Source of the DNA: an uncultured Nitrososphaeraceae archaeon
GTDB lineage: Archaea > Thermoproteota > Nitrososphaeria > Nitrososphaerales > Nitrososphaeraceae
Length of the DNA stretch: 64,000 nucleotides
NCBI GenBank assembly: GCA_963837175.1
Contig: CAWIMJ010000057.1
Location: 64,001-128,000, forward strand
Reading direction: 5' to 3'
Shown: positions 48,928-59,651 of the stretch, piece by piece
Layout of the letters: the number at the start of each line of letters is the position of its first letter
How positions within the stretch are numbered: position 1 is the stretch's first letter
Notes under the pieces: model-generated
Databases searched by the model: none
What the model was told of the DNA's origin: nothing
The model's input: the letters and a program-made list of their open reading frames with translations, nothing else
Position numbers and translations under genes: made by a program

Positions 48928-50166
48928 ATGATGTGGTCTGAAATTTACCGACCTATGAAAATTCAGCAGATGGTAGGAAATGAAGACGCTCGACTGGCAG
49001 CCGTAAAGTGGCTTTCAGGATGGGTAAATGGCAGCAGGCCCTTGCTTCTAATAGGCCCTCCTGGCACAGGTAAGACCACTCTTGTTCATACATTATCACA
49101 ACAGTTCAATTATGATATGATAGAATTGAATGCGAGTGATAACAGAAACAAAATAGGCCTTGAAACCCAGATTATGCCAATGTTTTATAATGATAGTATA
49201 CTTGGAAGAAAAATGCTGTTGTTCTTAGACGAAGTTGATGGAATTTCCAGCCGGGAGGATACAGGTGGAATTGATGCTCTGATATCTATAATGAAAGAGC
49301 CGACGATCCCTGTTATCATGTCCGCAAATGCTCGGAACCCAAGGGTTAAAGATTTATCAAAGATCTGTAAAGTAATAGAATTGAATTCGATTCCAGCCAG
49401 CACGTCAATGATATTACTAGATCATATTCTAAAGAAGGAAAACAAGCAATTAAGTTCAGATGATAAAGTTTCCGTTGTGAATAATAGTAAAGGAGACATC
49501 CGTTCAATGTTGAATAATGCACAGTCTAAATGCGCCGGATATAGCTCCACCCGAAGCGATACGTTTGAAATTGAGATTGCTGCAGCGATAAATGGTTATT
49601 TTTCTGTGACTGAACTCGAGAAAGCAGAGATATTCCTGTCCAATGCAGATGCTGCTTATTATGATCCACGCTTTGGGATGTCAGCCGAAGACAGAAGAAA
49701 AGATATGATAAACGCACTATTTACAAGCATAGTTTCTTCGCCTGCAGATTTAGAAAGTCTTGCAGGAGCGTTAGAGGTTCTTTCAAAGGTAGATATAATA
49801 GTTGGCAGAATAGGCGAAAACAGATATTGGAGGCTTATGAAATACCTCGAAGTTATGATTGCATATGGTATATTTAGAAATACTCGCAATAAGGGAATTA
49901 AATATAACCAATATGGCGTGTTCTGGCCTTTAATGAGACCTATTTTTGCCAGGGGTAAATCCATAAAAAATCTATTGTCAAATCTATCAAAGCAGACCCA
50001 TGTTACAAAAAGTGTCTTTGGATCAATTTATTTTCCATACCTTCTTCGATTGCTTTATGATAAAAAAATAGACCTGAAAGAATTGTCAAATATTCTAAAT
50101 CTTGACGAAAAATATAGTGAAGCGTTGGTAAAAGAAATGGATCTAATTAACAGAAATAAGAAATAA
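48928..50166 (+). CDS. rfcL: Replication factor C large subunit
   Basis: WSEIYRP, GPPGTGKTT, IELNASD, LDEVDG and GDIRS motifs. Confidence 0.92.
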   Translation: MMWSEIYRPMKIQQMVGNEDARLAAVKWLSGWVNGSRPLLLIGPPGTGKTTLVHTLSQQFNYDMIELNASDNRNKIGLETQIMPMFYNDSILGRKMLLFLDEVDGISSREDTGGIDALISIMKEPTIPVIMSANARNPRVKDLSKICKVIELNSIPASTSMILLDHILKKENKQLSSDDKVSVVNNSKGDIRSMLNNAQSKCAGYSSTRSDTFEIEIAAAINGYFSVTELEKAEIFLSNADAAYYDPRFGMSAEDRRKDMINALFTSIVSSPADLESLAGALEVLSKVDIIVGRIGENRYWRLMKYLEVMIAYGIFRNTRNKGIKYNQYGVFWPLMRPIFARGKSIKNLLSNLSKQTHVTKSVFGSIYFPYLLRLLYDKKIDLKELSNILNLDEKYSEALVKEMDLINRNKK

Positions 50167-50227
50167 GTGAAAAATCACAAGAATGGGGTGAGGTTGCAAC
50201 TTAAATACAAAGGCAGCTGAAAACATT

Positions 50228-50512
50228 GTGGAAAGGGACTATCTCCTGGAGACTATGATCTGTAGTCAAAATTCTCGAACTCTATCATACATAAGAAAGT
50301 GTTTTTCCAAAAGGTTATTGTCAAATTTCACTTTGACAAAAAAAGCGCAGTTGAAATGTTTTATTTGTTGTAACCCTTCGGAATCTGTAGTTTGTGCCTA
50401 TTACCAAGATTGGAGCGAACAATGGTTTTACAAGCATATTTGTAATATATGCCTACAGATTATAAAGTGTCGAAAATTCCATAACAACGCACTAAGAAAT
50501 TGTATAGAATAG
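50228..50512 (+). CDS. Possible small Cys-rich protein
   Basis: CFICC and CNIC pairs; otherwise unsupported. Confidence 0.35.
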   Translation: MERDYLLETMICSQNSRTLSYIRKCFSKRLLSNFTLTKKAQLKCFICCNPSESVVCAYYQDWSEQWFYKHICNICLQIIKCRKFHNNALRNCIE

Positions 50513-50554
50513 TAAAGGTTCAAATTTAAATGCAATTAGACCTCTTCAATACAT

Positions 50555-50767
50555 ATGTCAAGTGAATACGAACAAAATGTAGGAAAGCTTCTCGCTAAGA
50601 AGACCGAAAAGTTAGAAGAATTGAAAAGGAATCCATCTATTAACAATGAACAGCAAAAAATGCTTATGACTGAAATAGAGACCCTACAATCTCTTTTCGA
50701 GAATTACAATCTGGGAATGAACTATTTTCGTAGAGCGCGTGGAGGAAGAAATGGTCTTAGAGAATAG
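50555..50767 (+). CDS. Small hypothetical helical protein
   Basis: ATG start with a TTTAAAT element upstream, protein-like composition, T-rich tract after the stop. Confidence 0.7.
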   Translation: MSSEYEQNVGKLLAKKTEKLEELKRNPSINNEQQKMLMTEIETLQSLFENYNLGMNYFRRARGGRNGLRE

Positions 50768-50889
50768 CTTTATTTCTTTTCTGTATATGTCGTATGTGAT
50801 AACCCGTTTTTATCTCAAAATTTAAATCTAATAGATATTTATGCGTTGAGAAGGTTATTTTATAGTCAACTCATGTTAGAAGAAAATAG

Positions 50890-51360
50890 ACTTAATGTCA
50901 CAAATATCTACAATATGGAAATGGTTTCAAAGGCAAAGATGACAAAAGTTGGTATTTTAATATAGAATCACACTATTATGTCAAAATTCATTCCAGATGG
51001 AATTCTCTTTAAAGTAGATGAAGAATTTGTGTTCCATGGATTACAATTAATCCATCAGATAAGATAACTCTTGGGTTTCATATTACTTTAGAAAGAAACA
51101 TATGCTTTCTGAACATAGGCATTCTTTAGTAAAGAGTATGGAAAACACAATATTTTCTGCAGATGGCGGGAGGACGTGGTATACCGGAGAGGATTAAGTT
51201 ACTGCAAAAAGACATCTTCTCTTTCTTCAGAGGGAAAAAGTATCAATGAGAGAGAGCAATCAATACATAAAAGATAGAATCCTGGAAGGCCGCATTCTTA
51301 TCTTGTTTATGCAACGCATACTTGTGATTGATTATTTCTCATTGAAATATATTATGAACT
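50890..51360 (+). pseudogene. Heavily decayed IS6-like (DDE) transposase relic
   Basis: Ordered fragments in shifting frames: WKWFQ (50916), KEYGKH (about 51131), DGGRTWY (51162), KSINER and QYIKDR (51261). Confidence 0.65.
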
Positions 51361-51481
51361 TAGGTATGCATTGACTGAATTTTTTGCCTTGACTTGAGAG
51401 AGAATTAGAGTAGATTATATTAAATAGTAAATTTTATTGTAATGAATTTATATAGGCAATTCTTGGGATTAATACAAGGCC

Positions 51482-53023
51482 ATGCATGAAGATAAAATCA
51501 AGAGATTATACAATATGAAAAAAATGGCTGAGGAGGGCGGAGGCGAAGACAAGATCGAAGCTCAGCATTCCAAAGGTAAACTTACTGCAAGAGAAAGAAT
51601 TAGTCTTCTTTTAGACGAAGATACTTTTATTGAGATTGATAAATATGTAACTCATAGGAGCGAGGATGCTGAAAGTAAGAAATACTATGGTGATGGCGTT
51701 ATTACCGGATTTGGTAGAATCGATGGTCGCCAGGTTTTTGTGTATGCATATGATTTTACAATATTAGGAGGATCATTGGGTGAGATGGCAGGGAAGAAGA
51801 TTGTTAAGGTTATGGATCACGCTATAAATGCGGGGGCACCTCTTATTGGCATTATTGATTCTGGTGGAGCACGCATTCAGGAAGGCGTGACTAGTCTTGA
51901 CGGATATGGTGATGTCTTTTTTAGAAATACATTAGCATCTGGAATAATACCACAGATTACTGCAAGTATTGGTCCTTGTGCAGGCGGTGCTGTCTATTCT
52001 CCTGCAATGACAGATTTTGTTATTATGACTGAAAATGTTGCCCAGATGTTCGTTACTGGGCCTGAGGTGGTAAAGGAGGTTTTAAGTCAAGAAGTCTCAT
52101 TTGAAGAATTAGGTGGTGCCAGAACCCATGCTTCCAAATCTGGCGTAGCACATTTTGTTGCCAAAAATGAGTATGAGTGTATGGATAAAATAAAAAAATT
52201 GCTATCGTTTATTCCGCAAAATAATACAGAAGAACCTCCATTAATGCAGAGCATAGAGGATGTGAATAGAATTGATCCTAAAATTATAAACATTTTGCCA
52301 GAGAATCCATATGAACAGTATGACATGACTCAAATAATAAAATCGCTCGTTGATAGCGGGGAATTTTTTGAGGTTCATGAACTATTTGCAGAGAATATAT
52401 TGGTAGGTTTTGCAAGACTGGGTGGAAGGTCAGTAGGTCTTATTGCTAACCAGCCTATGTATCTGGCAGGTGCTCTTGATATAAACTCATCAAATAAAGC
52501 CGCACGTTTTATTCGATTTTGCGATGCTTTTAACATTCCTATTGTGACTCTTGTCGATACACCAGGATATCTTCCTGGAACTGATCAGGAACATAACGGC
52601 ATCATTAGACACGGAAGCAAGTTACTCTATGCATATTGTGAAGCAACTGTTCCAAAAATCACTTGTATTATCGGCAAAGCATATGGTGGTGCGTATATTG
52701 CTATGGGAAGCAAAAATTTGAGGACTGATGTAAATTATGCCTGGCCCACAGCAGAAATAGCAGTGCTTGGACCAGAAGCGGCAATTACCATTATACACCG
52801 AAGAGATTTGAAGGGATCTGCAGATGCGATAGCTACAAAAAAGAAACTCGCTAAGGAATATCGAGAAAAGTATGCCAATCCGTATATAGCAGCTGAGAAG
52901 GGTAATATTGATTTGGTAATAGATCCAATGGAGACAAGACCAATGATAATCCGGGCTATTGAGGCTTTAGTAAATAAAAGAGTATCAAGGCCATGGAAGA
53001 AACATGGAAATATAAACCTATAA
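51482..53023 (+). CDS. pccB: Acetyl-/propionyl-CoA carboxylase, carboxyltransferase subunit (3HP/4HB cycle)
   Basis: GKLTARERI, DSGGARIQEG, GPCAGGAVYSPA, KAYGGAY and KKHGNINL motifs. Confidence 0.97.
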   Translation: MHEDKIKRLYNMKKMAEEGGGEDKIEAQHSKGKLTARERISLLLDEDTFIEIDKYVTHRSEDAESKKYYGDGVITGFGRIDGRQVFVYAYDFTILGGSLGEMAGKKIVKVMDHAINAGAPLIGIIDSGGARIQEGVTSLDGYGDVFFRNTLASGIIPQITASIGPCAGGAVYSPAMTDFVIMTENVAQMFVTGPEVVKEVLSQEVSFEELGGARTHASKSGVAHFVAKNEYECMDKIKKLLSFIPQNNTEEPPLMQSIEDVNRIDPKIINILPENPYEQYDMTQIIKSLVDSGEFFEVHELFAENILVGFARLGGRSVGLIANQPMYLAGALDINSSNKAARFIRFCDAFNIPIVTLVDTPGYLPGTDQEHNGIIRHGSKLLYAYCEATVPKITCIIGKAYGGAYIAMGSKNLRTDVNYAWPTAEIAVLGPEAAITIIHRRDLKGSADAIATKKKLAKEYREKYANPYIAAEKGNIDLVIDPMETRPMIIRAIEALVNKRVSRPWKKHGNINL

Positions 53024-53037
53024 TATAGTGAACAAAA

Positions 53038-54549
53038 TTGGCAGCCAAAATTTCTAGCATTTTAATTGCAAACAGGGGTGAAATCGCTCTTAGAATTATA
53101 AGAGCTTGCAGAGAATTAGCAATAAAATCAATCGCGATTTATTCAGATGAAGACGCTAGATCAGTACATGTTAGAAGAGCAGATGAAGCTTACCATATTG
53201 GTCCAGCAGCCGCTTCAGAGAGTTATCTTAATATCAATAAGATAATTGAACTTGCCAACAGTGTAGGAGCAGATGCAATCCATCCTGGATACGGTTTTCT
53301 ATCCGAGAACGAAAAGTTTGCAGAGATATGTGAAAACAATGGGATCATATTCATTGGGCCGAAAAGCAAGGCAATGGAAGTCACAGGAGACAAAATGAAA
53401 TGTAAGGCTATTATGCAAAAAGCGAAAGTTCCAACTGTTCCAGGCAGTGATGGTATCATTGAGGATGTAGAACTCGCAGCAAATATAGCTCATGATGCGG
53501 GATATCCTGTTCTCCTAAAATCTGCGTTTGGAGGAGGAGGAAGAGGTATTCGACTTGCCAATAATGAAAAACAGTTAAAACAGGAATTCGAGATGGCCTC
53601 TGCAGAATCAAGAGCTGCTTTTGGAAAGGCTGCACTTTATGTTGAAAAATATCTTGAAAGAATTAGACATATTGAATTTCAGTTAATAATGGATTCCCAT
53701 AAAAATGGAAGACACATTTTCGAACGTGAATGTTCTATTCAGAGGAGACATCAGAAGCTTATTGAAATGTCTCCATCGCCAATTGTTGATAAAAAAACAA
53801 GAGAACGAATAGGAGAAATTGCTGTTAGAGCTGCAACTGCGGTAGATTATCTTAATGCAGGCACAGCCGAGTTCTTGCGTGATCAGCAAGGAAACTTTTA
53901 CTTTATAGAAATCAATTCTAGGCTACAGGTAGAACATCCTGTAACCGAACTTGTAACAGGAATCGATCTCGTTAAATTGCAAATTGCAGTTGCTCAAGGT
54001 GAAGAGATACCTTTCAAGCAAGAGGAACTAAAAATGCATGGGTGTGCTATTGAATGTAGGATTAATGCTGAAGACCCTTTCTCTGATTTCGCTCCCTCTA
54101 TTGGTATGGTTCCTAACTGCAATATTTCTAGTGGCCCAGGTATCAGAGTAGATACTTATCTATATCCTGGATGTAATGTATCAGGATATTATGACTCTTT
54201 GGTTGCCAAATTGATTAGCTGGGGCAACGATTTTGAAGAATCACGAATTAGGATGAAAAACGGCCTATCCGAGTTCACAATAGAAGGGATTAACACAACT
54301 ATTCCGTTATTTAAAACAATAATGGATGAACAAAATTTCATCAAAGGTGATCTTTCAACCGATTACCTAGAAAGATTCAGTATAATAAATAAAATGAATG
54401 AAGATGCAAAAAAAAGATCAAAGAAAAATTCATCTGCTGCTATTGCGACAGTCCTTTTGCAAACAGAATTTGTTAAGAAAAGTGGGCGGATTATCCCCAC
54501 CGACGTCGCACAGTCCAATTTAAGCTGGAAAAAAATGACGGGGAAATAA
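53038..54549 (+). CDS. accC: Acetyl-/propionyl-CoA carboxylase, biotin carboxylase subunit
   Basis: ANRGEIA, HPGYGFLSEN, GGGGRG, RECSIQRRHQK and RLQVEHPVTE motifs. Confidence 0.98.
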   Translation: MAAKISSILIANRGEIALRIIRACRELAIKSIAIYSDEDARSVHVRRADEAYHIGPAAASESYLNINKIIELANSVGADAIHPGYGFLSENEKFAEICENNGIIFIGPKSKAMEVTGDKMKCKAIMQKAKVPTVPGSDGIIEDVELAANIAHDAGYPVLLKSAFGGGGRGIRLANNEKQLKQEFEMASAESRAAFGKAALYVEKYLERIRHIEFQLIMDSHKNGRHIFERECSIQRRHQKLIEMSPSPIVDKKTRERIGEIAVRAATAVDYLNAGTAEFLRDQQGNFYFIEINSRLQVEHPVTELVTGIDLVKLQIAVAQGEEIPFKQEELKMHGCAIECRINAEDPFSDFAPSIGMVPNCNISSGPGIRVDTYLYPGCNVSGYYDSLVAKLISWGNDFEESRIRMKNGLSEFTIEGINTTIPLFKTIMDEQNFIKGDLSTDYLERFSIINKMNEDAKKRSKKNSSAAIATVLLQTEFVKKSGRIIPTDVAQSNLSWKKMTGK

Positions 54550-55064
54550 TGATGGAATTTAAACTAGCGGATCTAATTGAAGTGTTAGATTGTGAAATTG
54601 TCCAGACTCTCGGGAATGGATCTATTATAATTAGAATCGGGAAAGAAGAACACAACCTAAGGTTGCTAAAATTAGAAACTAACGAATTTGAATTTATTTT
54701 AGATCATACTTTTCATCATGCCAAGATAATTCAGTCGAACAGTATTGAAACAAAAATTTTAATTGACGGTCAACCCTTGACAGTTAAAAAACACTTGAAA
54801 CTAACTCAAGTCCTTGGAAAATCATTAGCAATGGTGGAGTCGGGGGGTGGTGCAAACAATCTTACAAGCCAGATACCTGGCAGAGTAGTTAGTGTAATCG
54901 CAGAAACTGGGATGCCAATAAAGAAAGGTGATTCAGTCGTAGTCTTAGAATCTATGAAGATGCAGGTTGCAGTAAAAGCACACAAGGATGGCAATTTAAA
55001 GGAAATAAAAGTAAAGCAGGGAGCCGCAGTGGCAAGGAATGACATTATAGCATTAATAGAATAG
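54549..55064 (+). CDS. accB: Biotin carboxyl carrier protein
   Basis: ESMKM biotinylation motif; third gene of the carboxylase operon. Confidence 0.95.
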   Translation: MMEFKLADLIEVLDCEIVQTLGNGSIIIRIGKEEHNLRLLKLETNEFEFILDHTFHHAKIIQSNSIETKILIDGQPLTVKKHLKLTQVLGKSLAMVESGGGANNLTSQIPGRVVSVIAETGMPIKKGDSVVVLESMKMQVAVKAHKDGNLKEIKVKQGAAVARNDIIALIE

Positions 55065-55220
55065 TCCGCGACTATAATTTCTTACTCGGTATAATAATTT
55101 TATATCTAATTCACTTAGGAGAATAAATCAAATGACATTTCTAATAATGCTAATTGGAATGTATTTATCATATCATTAGATTTATTATAAAATTATATCA
55201 GATGATAATATCTTGGCATT

Positions 55221-55712
55221 TTATTTTTTCTTTAACTCATCCTTAATTTCGTCGTAATTAGGTTCAATTAATGGATTGTCTGAAATCCATCTATACTGAA
55301 CTGTTCCGTTTTCATCAATTATGAATACAGAGCGTTTTGCTGCATTATAATCCTTTAATGTGGCAAGATCTCTCATTACTATTCCATATTTTTGTATAGT
55401 TTCTCTTTTGTAGTCACTTAATAGAGGAAAGTTCAGATGACGATTCTCAGTAAAAATTTTGTTGGCAAACGGACCATCAACGGAAACTCCTATTACTTGA
55501 GCGCCATAATCGTTTAATTCATCCAATGAATCTCTAAAGACACACATTTCAGCGGTACATACGGGAGACTCTGCAGCGGGGAAAAATGCTAAGACTACTT
55601 TCCTCTTTTGGAAGTCTGTTAATTTGTACATTTTCATATTTATGTCAGGCAATTCAAAATCCGGTGCTTTGTTACCTATATTTGGAATATATGTTGTTGA
55701 TGTATTAGACAT
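55221..55712 (-). CDS. Peroxiredoxin (BCP/AhpE-like)
   Basis: GNKAPDFEL, FFPAAESPVCTAEMC and RSVFIID motifs. Confidence 0.92.
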   Translation of the reverse strand: MSNTSTTYIPNIGNKAPDFELPDINMKMYKLTDFQKRKVVLAFFPAAESPVCTAEMCVFRDSLDELNDYGAQVIGVSVDGPFANKIFTENRHLNFPLLSDYKRETIQKYGIVMRDLATLKDYNAAKRSVFIIDENGTVQYRWISDNPLIEPNYDEIKDELKKK

Positions 55713-55755
55713 ACATAAAGTTAGAAAGTGCGAATAATAATGCTTTCGGTCTTTA

Positions 55756-56952
55756 TCAATGATACCTGGACCTGAAAGGTGAAAGCATTCTTAATTCTTC
55801 TACTATCCCTGACAAAATTGAAACCGTTTGATCGATCTCGCTTTTTGTATTTTGAATTCCCAAGGTAAAGCGTAATGAACCTTTTATTTCTTCATAACTA
55901 AAGCCCATTGCTTTGAGTACGTGTGATGATTTTTGTCTTTTTACTGAGCAGGCAGAGCCTGTGGAAGCAGCAATTCCCTTTTCATCCAGCTTTAATATCA
56001 AATCTTCACCGTTTACTCCAAAAAATGTAAAGTGCGCGTTATTGGGATTTCTGTTGTGGTGTACACCATTCAGTCGTGAATAAGGTATCTGATCTATGAC
56101 TTTTTCTATCAGATAATTTCGCAGTGTTGTAAGCTTATTTTGACATTCGATACTTCGTTGAGATGCTATTTCGCATGCCTTTCCAAATCCAACTATTCCG
56201 TGTACATTCTCAGTGCCTGATCTCATTAAAAATTCTTGTCCACCGCCATGAACTAAAGAGTCTATCATATTACCTTCACGAATATATAAAGCACCAACTC
56301 CTTTTGGACCATTAATTTTATGCGAAGATAATGAAAGAAGATCTATTCCCAGGCTTTTAACGTTGATCGGGACCTTGCCAAGAGCTTGAACAGCGTCTGT
56401 ATGAAAAATCGTTTTTCCTCCCTTGTCATGAGTAATTTTAACTAGATCACTAATTGGCTGAATCGTTCCAACTTCATTATTTGCAAACATTATACTCACT
56501 AGTGCAGTTTTCTTTTGAGATATGGCATTCTCTAGTACGGAAGGTTCTAATGATGCGTCATTTCTTACTGGAAGATATGTCACGTCAAACCCTTTTTTTT
56601 CCAGATCTCTACACGGTTCTAGAACAGCTTCATGTTCTATCGCGCTAGTAACGATGTGATTTTTCTCCGGATCCTGTTTCCGGGCATACAGAGCAGCGCC
56701 TTTGATTGCTGTGTTGTCAGATTCAGTTCCTCCAGAAGTAAATATTATTTCGCGATGATTAGCACCAATTAATGATGCTACTCGTTTCCTTGCATTCATT
56801 ATAGCATGAGATGTTACCATTCCAAATGTATGCAAAGAGGATGGATTGCCATAGTATTTTGTAAGATAAGGAATCATTTCCTGAATTACTTCATCTAAAA
56901 CAGGAGTCGACGCTGCATTATCCAAATAAATGCTTATGGAAAAGCTTATCAC
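55756..56952 (-). CDS. iscS: Cysteine desulfurase (group I)
   Basis: YLDNAAST, GNPSSLH, HTDAVQ, SSHKINGPKG and STGSACS motifs. Confidence 0.95.
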   Translation of the reverse strand: MISFSISIYLDNAASTPVLDEVIQEMIPYLTKYYGNPSSLHTFGMVTSHAIMNARKRVASLIGANHREIIFTSGGTESDNTAIKGAALYARKQDPEKNHIVTSAIEHEAVLEPCRDLEKKGFDVTYLPVRNDASLEPSVLENAISQKKTALVSIMFANNEVGTIQPISDLVKITHDKGGKTIFHTDAVQALGKVPINVKSLGIDLLSLSSHKINGPKGVGALYIREGNMIDSLVHGGGQEFLMRSGTENVHGIVGFGKACEIASQRSIECQNKLTTLRNYLIEKVIDQIPYSRLNGVHHNRNPNNAHFTFFGVNGEDLILKLDEKGIAASTGSACSVKRQKSSHVLKAMGFSYEEIKGSLRFTLGIQNTKSEIDQTVSILSGIVEELRMLSPFRSRYH

Positions 56953-56979
56953 TCCTTAACTAATATCTTTCTTCTATAC

Positions 56980-57795
56980 TCATTCTACAACAATGAGGTT
57001 TCCGCTGCGATACCCGCTTATGTCTATTGATACGAATCTAAACCCTATCTCCTTAAGTTTAGTGTCTAGTATCATTAATTTATCAATATCAAATAGTTTA
57101 GTAAGCTCATTCCTTTCAACTTCGATTCTAGCGATCTCTCCATGATCTCTTACTCTGACTTGTCGCACGTTGAATATGTTCTTTACTATAATTTCAGATT
57201 TTTCGATTTTCCTTAGTTTTTCAAAGGTAACCTCTATACCTCTGGGTATCCTCGAAGCCAAACAAGCATTGGATGGTTTATCATATAACGAAAGTCCAGA
57301 GAGCCTAGCAATTGATCTTATTTCATCTTTGTTTATACCTAATTCTACCAAAGGGCTCCTTATACCGTTTTCTCTAAGTGCTTTGATGCCAGGTCTATAA
57401 TCGATCAGATCGTCAATATTTGTTCCATCAACAATTATTTTTATTCCATATCTCTTGGCTGCTACTATTAAGTGCTGTGCTAGCTCGGTTCTGCAATGAT
57501 AACACCGCTTTTCATCGTTCTTAACGAATTCAGAGTTTTTTAATTCATCATATTCAATTATTTTATGGTTGATAAATATCTCTGCTGCTATTTTGTTAGC
57601 AGCAGAAATCTCTTCTTTAGATAGTGTTTTATAATTTGCAGTAATCGCCATAGCATTGCTTCCAAGGGCTTCCTTGGCAGCTAAAGCGACTACTGCACTG
57701 TCTACTCCACCTGATAAAGCAACAACGACTTTGTCAGCATTCGTTAGAAACCAATTTACCAAGTTAATATGATTTTCTGTTGATTTGCTTGACAC
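56980..57795 (-). CDS. larE: ATP-dependent sulfur transferase LarE
   Basis: SGGVDS, RCYHCR, DYRPG, SNACLASRIP, RVRDHG and GYRSG motifs. Confidence 0.93.
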   Translation of the reverse strand: MSSKSTENHINLVNWFLTNADKVVVALSGGVDSAVVALAAKEALGSNAMAITANYKTLSKEEISAANKIAAEIFINHKIIEYDELKNSEFVKNDEKRCYHCRTELAQHLIVAAKRYGIKIIVDGTNIDDLIDYRPGIKALRENGIRSPLVELGINKDEIRSIARLSGLSLYDKPSNACLASRIPRGIEVTFEKLRKIEKSEIIVKNIFNVRQVRVRDHGEIARIEVERNELTKLFDIDKLMILDTKLKEIGFRFVSIDISGYRSGNLIVVE

Positions 57796-57797
57796 CC

Positions 57798-59045
57798 CTA
57801 ACTCCGTCCAATGCTATGTAATAATTCTGCGTTTGTTAGATCTGAGGCTTGTTTAACTGATATTCCTATCCTTGAAGCAATATCTACAAGATCCTGAAAT
57901 TCAGGTTTCACAGTAATGGTCTTACCATTAGAATCTTTTGTAATCTTGACTTGAATGTTAAAGATATTATCATGAATTTTAACAGGAACTGTAATGCTAC
58001 TTCGTGGAAGAATAACTCGCTGTATCTCTTGAATTCTCACACCAATTGTACCTGTTTCTCTAAATAGTATTTCCAAGATAGTATTTACTTGTGTCCGATC
58101 AGATATAACTTTAATGAGATGAGTCGGTCTGTTTTTCTTAGAAATACCCTGTAATACAGTGACATCTTTAGCGCCAGCTTTTGTTAGTTGTTCTATCATA
58201 TTTCCAATTATTTCGCCAGAAATATCATCTATATTAGTCTCGATCATGAAAATGGTATCTTTAGTTGCATCACAGCTTATATGAGAAGTGCCTATAACCA
58301 ATTTCAACGTATTGGGCATATGGGAGAATTTCTTCAATCCAGCACCGTAACCTAATATTTCAGGACTGAAGCTTGGATAATAATTGATACTCTCAGTCGT
58401 TAAATTAACAAGCATAGCCGCGCCAGTAGGAGTAGTTAGCTCTTCGTCTACCTGACCTCCTAATAGCGTAAATGATTTTCTCTTAAATATTTCGAGTATG
58501 GCATTAGTTGGATTAGAAATTATTCCATGTGAAAATTTTGAAACTCCACCACCAACGGCTACCTTGGTTGAAAATATTTGAAATTCAAAAAGTTTGAGAT
58601 CTTGCAATGCGGTAGCACAGCCGATAAGATCAGCAAAGGTATCTATGTTTGAAGATTCATGTAAATGGACACTGTTAATATCTTCGCCATGGATAAGAGC
58701 CTCTGCTGATATTAGTGTTTTAAATGATTCCAGAGCAAATGTCTTGGCTCTTTGTTCTAATTTTAAAAAATCACAACACAATGCAAGGGAACGAAACATT
58801 TTCATTCCGTTACGTTCAGAGACGCTATCTCTAAAGTGAAAACGAAATTGTGTGGCATTGAAACCATGAGATTTTGTTTTAATAAATGTTGCATTTGTAA
58901 TTTTGCTTCCCTCTAAGAAATTCTGAGAGGCAATAATTGCTCTAATAACTTTCTTTCTATCTGCTCCAGCATCGATCAAGCTTGATAACAACATATCACC
59001 AGATATACCAGCAGTCTGGCAATCAATTATAGCAATTTTTGCCAT
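57798..59045 (-). CDS. larC: Nickel-pincer cofactor nickel insertase LarC
   Basis: AGISGDM, IHG...VHLHE, ELTTPTGAA, ETNIDD, KKNRP, ETGTIGVR and KPEF motifs. Confidence 0.93.
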   Translation of the reverse strand: MAKIAIIDCQTAGISGDMLLSSLIDAGADRKKVIRAIIASQNFLEGSKITNATFIKTKSHGFNATQFRFHFRDSVSERNGMKMFRSLALCCDFLKLEQRAKTFALESFKTLISAEALIHGEDINSVHLHESSNIDTFADLIGCATALQDLKLFEFQIFSTKVAVGGGVSKFSHGIISNPTNAILEIFKRKSFTLLGGQVDEELTTPTGAAMLVNLTTESINYYPSFSPEILGYGAGLKKFSHMPNTLKLVIGTSHISCDATKDTIFMIETNIDDISGEIIGNMIEQLTKAGAKDVTVLQGISKKNRPTHLIKVISDRTQVNTILEILFRETGTIGVRIQEIQRVILPRSSITVPVKIHDNIFNIQVKITKDSNGKTITVKPEFQDLVDIASRIGISVKQASDLTNAELLHSIGRS

Positions 59046-59414
59046 ATGGTAAAATGCTGTATTTGAAAATATATAATTTGTCTGAAAAGGTAAACAGCTT
59101 TCTTTTGGTGTTAAATTAAATTTGTTTCATTCTGAATCACATTCACTTTTTATAGAATAGAAAGCCTGATTTTACATTTATTAAAATGAGACTTAATCAA
59201 TAAAATTAATTAAAAGGAGCAAATACTAGTCGTAGGCTTAGACAAAGTTTAGTCTTGTTAGGTTTGGGTAATGATATTTTGATCTGAATTGTCGATTAAT
59301 TATCTTTAGTTTATAAGATTAATATTTAAAATGACAGATATCAACTATAGTTGGATAGCTATTATAAGGTTTATATAATATATTTATATATTACTCTACG
59401 AACGTAAAGGATGT

Positions 59415-59651
59415 ATGTGTATCAAGGGTGATCTAATGGCTGTCATCGAAGGTCGGGATAAAGCAAAATATATAAGGCCGGGACCTTCAACTCGAAGAAT
59501 TCTTGATGAAAGTCTTTTACATAATTATTCTATAAAGCCTTATGTAAAGTACCTCCAGTTTAAACATAAGATGAGAAAAAAGAGATTGCTCAAGGAGCCA
59601 CTTCCTATTACATCAGTAAATGTAATAGTGTTTAGATGTTGTACGGACTAA
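59415..59651 (+). CDS. Possible small basic protein
   Basis: ORF with a TATA-rich upstream region; no recognised motif. Confidence 0.3.
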   Translation: MCIKGDLMAVIEGRDKAKYIRPGPSTRRILDESLLHNYSIKPYVKYLQFKHKMRKKRLLKEPLPITSVNVIVFRCCTD

